DNA of 64,000 nt from Octopus sinensis (taxonomy: Eukaryota), in assembly GCF_006345805.1 (NCBI RefSeq), contig NC_043018.1, forward strand, positions 16,306,001-16,370,000, read 5' to 3'. Made by a program: the position numbers and the translations under genes. How positions within the stretch are numbered: the stretch's first letter is position 1; the number at the start of each line of letters is the position of its first letter. The notes beneath the pieces were generated by a model, which saw only the letters and a program-made list of their open reading frames with translations, searched no databases and was not told where the DNA came from. Positions 1-12,017 of this stretch are shown here, piece after piece.

Positions 1-144
1 CACCATCAAACTTGCGTGATTTAATGAGTGTTTCGAAGATATTCCATTCCAGGTACTCACATCGATTATTGTATGTCAGCAAATGCGCTGGCAGTGTGAA
101 TTGAATAGAGTACTGAAGCAGAATATATGCAGTCTACCTCTCGA

Positions 145-155
145 TCTATCTATCT

Positions 156-212
<57 letters not shown>

Positions 213-213
213 C

Positions 214-252
<39 letters not shown>

Positions 253-253
253 C

Positions 254-298
<45 letters not shown>

Positions 299-299
299 G

Positions 300-378
<79 letters not shown>
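145..378. repeat. (TCTA)n microsatellite
   Basis: Near-perfect tetranucleotide array; source of the YLSI/IYLS ORFs. Confidence 0.98.
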
Positions 379-379
<1 letters not shown>

Positions 380-774
380 TATTCTGTCTGTCCGTCTGTC
401 TAGCTCTCTATATCTCTCTTTTTCTGTCCAATTATAGATAAATAGACAGATACATAGACAGATACATAGATAGACAGAGATAGACATACATACATACATA
501 CATACAAATAAAGAGATAGATAGATAGTAGAAGACACTTTCCCAAGGTGCCACGCAGTGGGACTGAACCCGGAACCATGTGGTTGGTAAGCAAGCTACGA
601 CATCCATATTCTATGGGCCATAATGCAAAGTCCACAGTAGCTTTAAGTATCAAATCTTTTACTAAATAGGAAGAGTATCTTGTTTTCTACTCCCGAATAA
701 ATTAGCAAAAATTACGTATCAGTCGTCAGTGAAGGGCGTAATAAAATTTAACAGTGTTAATTTTCTATAGCAGT

Positions 775-1102
775 AAAACTAACCGGTACTCCGTCGCTTC
801 GATGATGAGCGCTCTAGTTGATCCGATCAACGGAACATCCTGCTCGTGAAATTAACATGTAAGTGGCTGAGTACTCCATAGACACGCATAACTCTTAATA
901 CAGTTCTCAGTGAGATTCAGCATGAGAGAGAATGGGACAAGGCTCGCTGTTTGAATTACAGATACAACTCGTTTTTGTCAGCTGAGTGGACTGGGGCTAC
1001 GTGAAATAAATTGTCTTGCTGAAGGAACAACGCTCCAACGAGAATCGAAGTAACAGCCTTACGATCATGAGTCGAATACCTATAACCACTAGCCCTCACG
1101 CC
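775..1102 (-). mobile_element. SINE-D copy (tRNA-like head, diverged)
   Basis: Reverse strand reads ..tagtggttata...cagcaagacaatttatttcacgtagccccagtccactcagctg.., similar to the core at 39137-39472. Its tail is shared with SINE-A at 1313-1670. Confidence 0.65.
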
Positions 1103-1121
1103 TTCATTATACTGCAGTAAG

Positions 1122-1832
1122 AAGGCGGCGAGCTGGCAGAGTGGTTAACACGCCGAGCGAAATACTTCCATCCTTTCGGGGTCGATAAATTAAGTACCAG
1201 TTACGCACTGGGGTCGATTAATCCGTTTGTCTGTCCTTGTTTGTCCTCTCTGTGTTTGGCCCCTTGTGGGTAGTAAAGAAATAGGTATTTCGTCAGTCTT
1301 TACATTCTGAGTGTGGAGGCGCAATGGCCAAGTAGTTAGAGCAGCGGACTCGCGGTCATAGGATCGCGGTTTCGATTTCCAGACCGGGCGTTGTGAGTGT
1401 TTGTTGAGCTCCACGAGGCTCCGGCAGGGGATGATGGCGAACCCTGCTGTACTCTTTCACCACACCTTTCTCTCACTCTTTCTACCTGTTTCTGTGGTAC
1501 CTGTATTTCAAAGGCCAGCCTTGTCACACTCTGTGTCATGCTGAATCTCTCCGAGAACTACGTTCAGGGTACACGTGTCTGTGGAGTGCTCAGCCACTTG
1601 CACATTAATTTCACGAGCAGGCTGTTCCGTTGATCGGATCAACTGGACCTCTGGTCATCGTTAGCGACGGATTGGCAGCAACGTTCTGAGTTCAAATTCT
1701 GCCCAGGTCGACTTTGCCTTTCATCATTTTGGGGTCGATAAATTAAGTACCAGCCGCTAACTAGGATCGATGTAATCGACGGGCCCCTCTTAAAAAACTT
1801 CGGCCCTTGTGCCTAGAGTAGAAAAGAGTATT
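1122..1832 (+). mobile_element. SINE-B dimer (tail-1 unit + core/tail-2 unit) interrupted by SINE-A
   Basis: Head AAGGCGGCGAGCTGGCAG at 1122, then core TCATCCTTTCGGGGTCGATAAATTAAGTACCAG and tail-1 ..gtagtaaagaaata. GGTATTTCG..ttctgagt follows; the sequence resumes at 1681 (acgttctgagttcaaatt) and ends with tail-2 ..gtgcctagagtagaaaagagtatt. Confidence 0.75.
1313..1670 (+). mobile_element. SINE-A, tail variant i
   Basis: tRNA-like head GTGGAGGCGCAATGGCCAAGTAGTTAG...GGTTTCGATTTCC (A/B boxes). Nested in SINE-B, with ttctgagt duplicated on both sides. Confidence 0.85.
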
Positions 1833-1857
1833 CTTTTTTTCGCCCTTTTCAAGCATA

Positions 1858-2135
1858 GCCAGTCTCATGGGCCTGGTTTCCCGGTTTCTGTGGCGTATGT
1901 GTTCCCCTCAGCTGTACGGGACGCCAGTCCATCGCAGCTTTACTCAAGAAACAGGAAGAGAGAGTGAGAGAAAGTTGTTGCGAAAGAGTACTACAGGGGT
2001 CGCTACCCGAGCCCCTGCCGGAGCTTTTAGGTGTTTTCGCTCAATAAACACACACAACGCCCGGTCTGGGAATCGAAACGGCGATCCTCCGACCGAGAGT
2101 CCGCTGCCCTAACCACTGGGCCATTGCGCCTCCAC
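1858..2135 (-). mobile_element. SINE-A, tail variant ii
   Basis: Reverse complement of the same head at 2135. The tail contains GCTGCGATGGACTGGCGTCCCGTACAG, which resembles the V-SINE domain as I recall it. Confidence 0.8.
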
Positions 2136-2199
2136 GAAGAGAGTATTGGATAGAATAAAGTCTTCCAAATAGGTTTCCTGCCACTTGGTACATAAATAA

Positions 2200-2419
2200 A
2201 AGGCGGCGAGCTGGCAGAAACGTTAGCACGCCGGGCGAAATGCTTAGCAGTATTTCGCCTTTCGCTACGTTCTGAGTTCAAATTCCGCCAAGGTCGACTT
2301 TGGCTTTCATTCTTTCGGGGTCGATTAAATAAGTACCAGTTACACACTGGGGTCGATATAATCGACTTAATCCGTTTTCTGTCCTCGTTTGTCTTCTCGG
2401 TGTGGGTAATAAAGAAATA
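2200..2419 (+). mobile_element. Full-length SINE-B (tail-1) with 13-bp TSD
   Basis: Head at 2200; GGTACATAAATAA is duplicated at 2187-2199 and 2420-2432. Confidence 0.9.
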
Positions 2420-2890
2420 GGTACATAAATAATGGTATCTACAACATAAATAATAGTACCTAGTCATTAACATTAAAGTAATAACAGATTGTCAAACAGA
2501 AATAGAAACCACACGTCAAAACACAAACATACGCAAGAGCGTACGATAAATAATAGACGGCGGGTTTCAGAATAACATTTATGTGGTTTCCAATCGAATA
2601 CATCACAACAAATTGAAACTATTTCAACCATTATTTTTGCTCGCTAAATATTCAACTGTCTCATTAGCGTGTCTATGAGTGTGCTCACTCACTGAATGGA
2701 AATGCCAAGTGCACTTCCATTCAGCAAAAAACTGTTTTCGCAATATAAATTCCATTTACGTTTGTCGAAGCAAGGTTTTATGAAAGAAAAAACGAATTCT
2801 TTACAATGCTACTAATTGACCTCAACCGCAAACATAGACAGACAAACAAGAATCTTGGCCCGCATTTCTTTGTTTATTCCTTATAAACAA

Positions 2891-4060
2891 TATATTCTTT
2901 TCTACTCTAGGCACAAGGCCGGAAATTTTTGAGAAAATGGACAGTTGATTCGATCGACCCCAGTACGCAACTAGTACTTAATTTATCGACCCCGAAAGGA
3001 TGAAAGTCAAAGTTTACCTCGGCGGATTTGAACTCAGAACGTAATGGCAGATGTTCGAATATTCTATTCTACTGTAAGCACAATGCCCGAAAGTTTTGGG
3101 GAGGTGGCCAGTCGATTGGACCGACCCCAGTACGCAACTGGTAATTAATATATTGACACCGAAAGGATGAAATTCAAAGTCGACCTCGGAGGATTTCAAC
3201 TCAGAACGTAATGGCAGACGTTCGAATATTCTTTTCTACTGTAGGCACAAAGCCCGAAAGTTTCGGGGAGGTGGCCAGTCGATTGGACCGACCCCAGTAC
3301 GCAACTGGTAATTAATATATTGACCCCGAAAGGATGAAATTCAAAGTCGACCTCGGAGGATTTCAACTCAGAACGTAATGGCAGACGTTCGAATATTCTT
3401 TTCTACTGTAGGCACAAAGCCCGAAAGATTCGGGGAGGTGGCCAGTCGATTGGACCGACCCCAGTACGCAACTGGTAATTAATATATTGACCCCGAAAGG
3501 ATGAAAGTCAAAGTCGACCTCGGAGGATTTCAACTCAGAACGTAATGGCAGACGTTCGAATATTCTTTTCTACTGTAGGCACAAAGCCCGAAAGTTTCGG
3601 AGAGGTGGCCAGTCGATTGGACCGACCCCAGTACGCAACTGGTAATTAATATATCGACACCGAAATGACGAATGGTAAAGTCGACCTCGGCGGATTTGAA
3701 CTCAGAACGTAATGGCAGATGTTCGAATATTCTTTTCTACTGTAGACACAAAGCCCGAAAGTTTTGGGGAGGTAGCCAGTCGATTGGACCGACCTCAGTA
3801 CGCAACTGGTAATTAATATATCGACCCCGAAAGGAAGTCAAAGTCGACCTCGGCGGATTTGAACTCAGAACGTAATGGCAGACGTTCGAATATTCTTTTC
3901 TACTGTAGACACAAAGCCCGAAAGTTTCGGGGAGGTGGCCAGTCGATTGGACCGACTCCAGTACGCAACTGGTAATTAATATATCGACACCGAAATGACG
4001 AATGGTAAAGTCGACCTCGGTGAAATTTGCACTCAGAACGTAACAGCAGACGTTCGAATA
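2891..4060 (-). repeat. Tandem array, 7 x ~167 bp, derived from the SINE-B core + tail-2
   Basis: The anchor gaatatt recurs at 3057, 3224, 3391, 3558, 3725, 3888 and 4055 (period 167, one unit of 163). Confidence 0.95.
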
Positions 4061-4235
4061 TTAATATATTGACAAGGGCAAGGCGGTGAGCTGATAGAAC
4101 TCTTAAAATGCCGGGCAAATAGCCCTGCGGCATTGCGTCCGTTGTTACCCTTCTCTCGAGATCGATAAAATATGTATTAGTTGAACACTGGGTGGCAGAT
4201 GTGATCGACTTACTCCTAACATTACTCTTTCTCTC

Positions 4236-4633
4236 TTTTACTCTTTTACTTGCTTCAGTCATTTGACTGCGGCCATGCTGGAGCACCGCCTTTAATCGAG
4301 CAACTCGACCCCGGGACTTATTCTTTTTGTAAGCCCAGTACTTATTCTATCGTTCTCTTTTTGCCGAACCGCTAAGTGACGGGGACCTAAACACACCAGC
4401 ATCGGTTGTCAAGCAATGCTAGGGGGACAAACACAGACACACAAACACATACACACACATACATATATATATATACGACAGGCTTCTATCAGTTTCCGTC
4501 TACCAAATCCACTCACAAGGCATTGGTCCGCCCGGGGCTATAGCAGAAGACTCTTGCCCAAGATGCCACGCAGTGGGACTGAACCCGGAACCATGTGGCT
4601 GGTTAGCAAGCTACTTACCACACAGCCACTCCT
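4236..4633 (-). mobile_element. SINE-C full length
   Basis: Head (rc) AGGAGTGGCTGTGTGGTAAGTAGCTTGCTAACC, internal (TA)/(TG) tract, tail ..GGCGGTGCTCCAGCATGGCCGCAGTCAAATGACTGAAGCAAGTAAAAGAG. Confidence 0.9.
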
Positions 4634-4837
4634 ACTCCTAACATTGTGTCAAAATTTGAAACCAATTTATTGAAAAAGACGGCAGGTAGGCAGCACATTT
4701 TGTGTTCAAATAACGTCGAGGATACCATTCTTATTCGTCTTTCAGCATTGATAAATCAAAGTACCTGTCATATAATGGTGTCGATCAATATAAAATTATT
4801 TGACATTGTACCAAATTTGAAGCAATTGATTGAATGA

Positions 4838-5040
4838 GAAATGCGGCGAGCGGGTGGACTAGTTAGCGAATCAAGCACTATGACTGGCGGCTTTCTTACG
4901 GCTCTTAACACCCCGAGTTCAAATTCCGCTGGGTCAACTTTAACCTTCATCCTTTCGGAAGATGCCAGTTGAGCGCTGGAGGCGATGCAATCGATTTCCT
5001 CACTCCCCACAAAATTGCTGGCCTCGAACTAAAATTAGAA
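4838..5040 (+). mobile_element. Diverged SINE-B
   Basis: Degenerate head gcggcgagcgggtgg and core ttcatcctttcgg. Confidence 0.6.
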
Positions 5041-5158
5041 TGCAAGTTATATTTGTGGTCAAATATGTTTACCGAAGGAAGAAATATATTTTGTTAACGT
5101 TATTTATTTTTTCATAATATTATCTCAACGGGCAGATGTTGTGATACACAAAACACTT

Positions 5159-5264
<106 letters not shown>

Positions 5265-5875
5265 TGCATTCAATCATCCATACACACACATATATGTACG
5301 TATGTATCAAAATACGATATTGGAATTTTCGTTTTGTTGCTTATTATTTATTCCCCATAATACATGTTTATTTGTAGAATAAACATATGAGAATCTACTG
5401 GAAATTCAACAGAGAATCAATCTTCCAGTTTCATTCGTAATAACTCTACAAGCACCATTTTCCAGTATTTTCCAACTCCTACACACGCCTCATGCAAAAT
5501 ATATAACATTTACGTATAATTTGATGGTACTGGAATATGCAGATATTCTTCATGAGTATACAACTTCGATAATAACCCTATCTACATACTATATATATAT
5601 ATATCTCACGTGACATTATATCACATGTACAGCCACGATTTTAATTCAGTATTTATCTCAGCCGTCCGGCGAACGGGAACGTGAGACTCTGGGTAACAGT
5701 CTGTGATAATTTTGCAGCTTTAATAGAAACGTTATTACTCTAGCTTTGGTATTTGAGCACTATTTTCTCCACCTTGTTTTGCAATTATGTGCACATCTGT
5801 ATCTTATACCATATATACATACATACATACATGCATGAATACATAAAAACATACATATATACATACACACACACG

Positions 5876-5907
<32 letters not shown>

Positions 5908-5908
<1 letters not shown>

Positions 5909-6240
5909 TTTACTTGCTTTAGTCATTTGATTGCAGATTTGGTGGCTCACCACCTTGAAGCGATTTTTTAAAGTACTTATTATATCGGTATCCCTTGCCA
6001 AACCGCCAGGTTACCGAAACGAAAACAAGACCAGAATCGGTTGTCAAGCAGTGATGAGTGAACAAACACAGACACACAGACACACACAGAAGTATAAACA
6101 TGCACAAAAGTCGTGATTCTTCCAGTTTCCGTTTGCTGAAACCACTCAAATTACAATAGTCGGCATGAGACTATTGTAGAATATACTTGCCCAAGGTGCC
6201 ACGTAGAATGAATCCAGAAACATGCAGCAGGGAAGTAACC
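5908..6240 (-). mobile_element. Diverged SINE-C
   Basis: Tail tttacttgctttagtcatttga and head segment acttgcccaaggtgccacg. Confidence 0.7.
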
Positions 6241-6242
6241 TT

Positions 6243-6278
<36 letters not shown>

Positions 6279-6279
<1 letters not shown>

Positions 6280-6645
6280 AAGTCATCCAAGACTTGGACC
6301 ACGGGATATACGTCCCCTGCCCAATTCAAGATCACAACATACATGTACACTGCAACATAATTTCTTTTCCTCAACAGGCCCTGCCCTATTTAACATTGTC
6401 CCGAGGGAGATCAAAGAGGAAAAGGATCCCATCAACTTTAAACAGGGTCTGGATAGATTCCTTCAAAGATACCAGATAAGCCACCCATAATTGGATACAA
6501 CTCACCCAACAAGAACTCACTACTTGAACAAAACTGGATACAACTCACCCAACAAGAACTCACTACTTGAACAAAACTTGACTTAAACAGGATTCGAATA
6601 ATCCTATCAGGTGGTGCTATTAAGTTAGACATGGCCTGGACCAAT
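6279..6645 (+). mobile_element. 3' end of a CR1/L2-group LINE ORF2, with a 43-bp tandem duplication
   Basis: Reads HPRLGP...FSSTGPALFNIVPREIKEEKDPINFKQGLDRFLQ, then after a frameshift IPDKPPIIGYNSPNKNSLLEQ. 6492-6534 equals 6535-6577. Confidence 0.6.
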
Positions 6646-6700
6646 CTTTGGTCGAAACATATATAAGTTATCTAAGTTATATATATATACATACATATAT

Positions 6701-6772
<72 letters not shown>

Positions 6773-7171
6773 ATATATATATATATATATATATGCTCCT
6801 TTAGAGAGGTATCTATGTAAAAAATGGACCCACGTTTCGGTCTTCCCATTATTACTGTAATGTTTATATAATCCTCTACAGGATGTATATCCTTCAGTAT
6901 TTTCACACTCTATCTGCCAAATATGAGCATTAAAACCATTACGTAATTTCCTGCCTCCAGAAACAGATGTAGGACATAAAATATCACTCCTTCTCCCTTT
7001 AGTTTTCGGTATTTTTTGTACTCCATGTAAATTTGTTTTGTGAATTTATAAATATCTATACTCCTATACATTTTCAGTTTTGTCTATCTGTAAATACATC
7101 GCTATATATAATTACATGTCTATATGTATCTACATATGTATACACATGTAGTGTGCATGCGTGTGTGAGAG

Positions 7172-7202
<31 letters not shown>

Positions 7203-7285
7203 CTGAAAGAGAGAGAGAGAGACTGAAAGAGAGAGAGAGACTGAAAGAGAGAGAGATGAGATTATAGAAATCTGAACTGGCTTAC

Positions 7286-7443
7286 CGGAAGTGATTTTCG
7301 CGGATCAATTATAAAAGATCCAACTGGATCCATAGAGAAATTGGCTTCTCTGTTTGGAGAATAATCCTCTTTCCAAGCCAGCAACGAATAATTGCCTAAG
7401 GCGTCTCCATTATTGTCAATAAGGCATTGGAATCCCTGGATAC
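7286..7443 (-). CDS. Receptor guanylyl cyclase, ectodomain exon (most 3' exon found)
   Basis: Acceptor ttttccaacgttttgcag|GT (phase 1, completes Ser AGT) and donor CCG|gtaagc (phase 0); 158 nt. Reads IQGFQCLIDNNGDALGNYSLLAWKEDYSPNREANFSMDPVGSFIIDPRKSLP, with the IDxNGDxxGNYSLL motif of rGC ectodomains. Confidence 0.93.
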
Positions 7444-7834
7444 CTGCAAAACGTTGGAAAAGAGAGAGAGAAGATACATAGACTGTCATTATTCCATCAT
7501 CATCATCATCATCATCATACCTCCCTTACTCATAAACTTTTTTTACTCAGGGACTAGTAGACCAGACACCGTTCAGTAATCGGTGTGCATTGAAAGCAAT
7601 GATTGGTAATTTTACGAAACCGGTATGCTTTTAAATCTCTTTAACAATTCACAATTCCTACCACAGTTCATCTAATTGTATATATATATATCGTTACTTT
7701 TCATAAAAAGCCTTTACTTTTTTTGATTTTCAACGTGCATTTTCACTTATATTTCTTCTTACAGTCCCCTTACATTTCCACGTGTATTTTCTATTTTCTG
7801 TTTGCAACATATTTCTATTATATATGTATATATA

Positions 7835-7886
<52 letters not shown>

Positions 7887-7887
7887 T

Positions 7888-7929
<42 letters not shown>

Positions 7930-7946
7930 TGTATATATATATATTA

Positions 7947-8010
<64 letters not shown>

Positions 8011-8081
8011 GTATATCTATATCTATCTATCTATCTATCTATCAATCAATCTATATCAATATATATATATGTATATATGTA

Positions 8082-8113
<32 letters not shown>

Positions 8114-8394
8114 CAGATATATTTTGTTTATATCTATTGTGACGAATACGATTTAGAATTTTTTTTACAACTCTGACACCACAAGTCGGATGAAATTACT
8201 TTTGAATGTTTGTTGAAGACAATTAAATATGGCAACATTTTAAAATATTTATTGCCAATTAGAAATCAGAAAAGCTCCCAGAATATAAAGCAAAACAAAT
8301 TGAAACGAAATCAGTGTGGACAAATCAGAAGTTCTAAATTTATTACAGATTCAGGTTGTTCACCTGTTATCCGTAATATTCACGATAGTAATAA

Positions 8395-9137
8395 AAGGAT
8401 GATGATGATTATGATACAGGTAAGAATGATAAAAACACTACTACTACAAACTACTACTACAAACTACTACTACAAACTACTACTACTACTACTATACTAC
8501 TACTACTACTACTACTACTATACTACTTACTACAGCTACTACTTACTACTGATAACTACTACTACTACAAACTACAACATCAACAACGACTACTACTACC
8601 ACCACCACCACCACTACTACTACTACTACTACTGCTGCTGCTGCTACTGCTGCTGCTACAAACGACTACTACAAACTATTACTACTATTACTACTACTAC
8701 TACTACTACTACTACTACAAACTACAACAACAACAACTACTACCACCACTACTACTACAAACTACTACTACTACTACTACTATTGCTACTACTGCTGCTG
8801 CTGCTACTGCTGCTACTAGTAACAATAATAATCTTTCCTACAATAGGCACAACGAATGAAATTCTAAAGGAGGAGTTAAATCGATTACATCGACCCCAGT
8901 TCTCAACTGATGTTTATTTCATCGACCCCCGAAAGGATGGAAAAGGCAAAGGTGAACTCGGTGAAATATGAACTCAGGACGTAAAGAAGGACTAAATGTT
9001 GTTAAGCATTTCACCCAGCTTGCTAACGATTCTCTTCTACCAGCTCGCGACCTTAAATTATAATAATAATAATGATAATGATGATGATAATGATGAGGAT
9101 GATGATAATAGTAATAATAATGATGATGATGATGATA

Positions 9138-9169
<32 letters not shown>

Positions 9170-9214
9170 AATAGTGATCATGATGATAATAATAATAATA
9201 ATAATAATAATGAC

Positions 9215-9250
<36 letters not shown>

Positions 9251-9269
9251 AATAATAATAATGATGATG

Positions 9270-9301
<32 letters not shown>

Positions 9302-9308
9302 GAAGATA

Positions 9309-9343
<35 letters not shown>

Positions 9344-9345
9344 AA
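8395..9345. repeat. Trinucleotide mosaics (ACT/CAC/GCT; AAT/GAT) around a SINE-B remnant (8830-9045, minus)
   Basis: Direct reading; source of the poly-T/Y/D/N/M/I ORFs. Confidence 0.95.
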
Positions 9346-9349
9346 TCAT

Positions 9350-9752
9350 AGTCCTTTCTGTTATAGGCACAAGGCTTGAAATTTGGTTGAGGGGAGGGGG
9401 CTAGTCGATTACGTCGACCCCAGTGTTTCAGTGGTACTTAATTTATCGACTCCGAAACGATGAAAGGCAAATTCGACCTCAGCGAAATTTGAGCTTGGAA
9501 CGTGAGACAGCGAAATACCTATTTCTTTACTACCCACAAGGGGCTAAACACAGATATCACAAACAAGGACCGACAAACGGATTAAGTCGATTATATCGAC
9601 ATCAGTGCGTAACTGGTACTTAATTCATCGACCCCGAAAGGATGAAAGCCAAAGTCGACCTCGGCGGAATTTGAACTCAGAACGTAACGGCAGACGAAAT
9701 ACCGCTAAGCATTATGCCTGGCGTGTTAACGTTTCTGCCAGCTTGCCGCCTT
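9350..9752 (-). mobile_element. SINE-B dimer (head-core-tail-1 + GGTATTTCG-core-tail-2)
   Basis: Same junction as 1122-1832. A further tail-2 copy lies adjacent at 9783-9965. Confidence 0.8.
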
Positions 9753-10203
9753 AATAATAATAATGATGGTAATAATGATAATCCTTTCTACTATAGACAG
9801 AGGGCCCGAAATTTTGGGGAAGGGGCAAGTTGATTACTTCGACCCTAGTATGCAACTGGTACTTAATTTATCGACTCTGAAAGTATGAAAGGCACAGACG
9901 ACCTCGGCATAATTTGAACTTAGAACGTAAAGATTGATGAAACGCCAGTAAACATCTTACCCAGTTTGGTCACGATAATCTTTTGATTATTGTCCACTGG
10001 GGATGAACACAAAGAAGAAAAGGGACAATACAAACAAGGGTCAATTTGGACTTAGCACAAAAATTCGTGAATACTCCAAAACAATAACAGTTAACAACAA
10101 AAACTTAACAATTCACTAAAAGAGAGAGTGATTCCCACCCTGGGACAACTAAAGGAACTCCACACACCCTCGTCACACCGACCTCCAAGCGCACCTCAGG
10201 GCT

Positions 10204-10232
<29 letters not shown>

Positions 10233-10234
<2 letters not shown>

Positions 10235-10544
10235 CACCGTGATCACCGTGACCGACCAGGTTATCAGATGTTGTTACACGTCGCTGGTCACAATGCGCTT
10301 CGCATTGTTTTAGCCTTCAAATGACGTCACCCTGTTGACTAAGCGACCAGGCCAACAGAAGAAAGAGTGAGAGAAAGTTGCGGCGAAAGAGTACAGCAGG
10401 GGTCGCCACCCCATCCCCTGCCGGAGCCTCGTGGAGCTTTCAGGTGTTTTCGCTCAATAAACACACACAAAGTCCGGTCTGGGAATCGAAACCGCGATCC
10501 TACAACCGCGAGTCCGCTGCCCTAACCACTGGGCCATTGCGCCT

Positions 10545-10547
<3 letters not shown>
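10233..10547 (-). mobile_element. SINE-A, tail variant iii, embedded in (TA)n
   Basis: Head rc at 10547; tail ..GGTCGGTCACGGTGATCACGGTGAT(AT)n. Homologous to 37364-37679. Confidence 0.88.
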
Positions 10548-10590
<43 letters not shown>

Positions 10591-11157
10591 ATTGATTGAT
10601 TCTAGTTTCAGCTCACGAGCTGTGGCCATGCTGGGGCACAGCCATTTTATATATATATATTTGTGTGAATATGTATAGAATAATATATCAGTTGAACAAA
10701 GTTAAAGCAGCCTGGGTTTCACGTATTTTATTTGGGCATTTTAACAGAATTAACGCTCTCAGTAGTCTACTCATCAGATTTCTAATATGTATGCATGTGT
10801 GTATTAGTGTGTGTGTGTGTGTGTGTATTAGTGTGTATGCGTGTGTGTATGTGCATGTGTGCGTGCTTAGGAAGACATGCGAGATACACATATTCATACA
10901 CGACCGATGAAGAAAATGGCATTGAGTAAGAAAGCCAGAATCTCCATAATAGCATTTGTTTGTTATGCTAATGTCAGCGACAGAATGTAAGAAAGTGCAC
11001 CGTTTCCGGATGGTGTAATGTTGATGAATGCGAGAACAAAAGAAAATAAAAACAGCGGAAGATGAACAAAATAAAGTTAATAGGCCTTTTGGGATTAGGC
11101 TGGGTTTTATCAACATGTAGGCAGAACAAAAAAACAAAAAAAAAACTGGAATCTTAC

Positions 11158-11293
11158 TTTGGAAGCGTTTGTTGCGAATTCTGTTAATGACGTCGGTACC
11201 ATTCCGTATATTGAGGTTCTCAAGCAACATGTTGTGAATGCATTCTGCATATAAATACACGGCATCGTAGAGATGTGCAGCAAATAAGGGTAC
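11158..11293 (-). CDS. Receptor guanylyl cyclase, ectodomain exon
   Basis: Acceptor ttattcttcttttgcag|GTA (phase 0) and donor CAA A|gtaaga (phase 1); 136 nt. Reads VPLFAAHLYDAVYLYAECIHNMLLENLNIRNGTDVINRIRNKRFQ, with the AAxLYDAVxLYA...NGT motif of the ANF-receptor/rGC ectodomain. Confidence 0.93.
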
Positions 11294-11330
11294 CTGCAAA
11301 AGAAGAATAAAATTAAGTGCCTTGCTATTA

Positions 11331-11384
<54 letters not shown>

Positions 11385-11385
<1 letters not shown>

Positions 11386-11940
11386 GTGATAGAGCAGTGC
11401 ATGCCATCAAAGTGACACTGGGGTAAAATATACGAAGCCCAATATACCCATCATGACTACCCAACTGATAAGGGTACACCAGGCACATGCATCACAACCA
11501 TATGTGCGCTACATGGTGATCTCATATTAAGATAAACAGCACATGACCTTGCAGGGGGGGGGGCCCACATAGAATTTTCTTCTGGTCGAGTAACCCATCC
11601 TGCTCAAAAGGTCCCTGAGTAAGGGTTGTTTAAGGATGTTGAACGAAACACCCATGTTTCCAGAGGTGAACTATTCAAACCCCAAAGAATCCCTCTCAAC
11701 ACATGGCTATGATGCTCCCCCACTACTTCTGCTCGTGATCAGAGATGCACATATCATCAGCCATGATGACATGCTCAGCTGATTACGGTCAAACAACTGA
11801 CAAGCAAATCTGTGGTATTGAGCAGAATATTTGCTGTAGCCCATCTTTTATACCAAAACAAAACAATGTACATGATAACACTTCCAATCAGTTAAGATCA
11901 GAAGCCATGAGATCCACTGCCTGGTACTGCATCAGGGCAT
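11385..11940 (-). mobile_element. ~560-bp ORF-less (TAA)n-embedded element, full length
   Basis: Flanked by (ATT)n on both sides; highly similar to copies at 16788, 27275, 34719, 56794 and 63758. Confidence 0.9.
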
Positions 11941-11960
11941 TATTATTATTATTATTATTA

Positions 11961-12017
<57 letters not shown>

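Noticed and set aside
2692-2724. 14-bp hairpin CTGAATGGAAATGC-CAAGT-GCACTTCCATTCAG
   Set aside because: Too short for a pre-miRNA, no Helitron CTRR end, and could be chance in 64 kb.
2891-4060. CRISPR-like array
   Set aside because: Whole units are repeated with no unique spacers; eukaryotic SINE-derived sequence; no cas genes.
11936-11940. CTGATG at the 5' end of the 560-bp element as a hammerhead core
   Set aside because: It reads CTGATGC, not CTGATGA, with no matching GAAA or stems.
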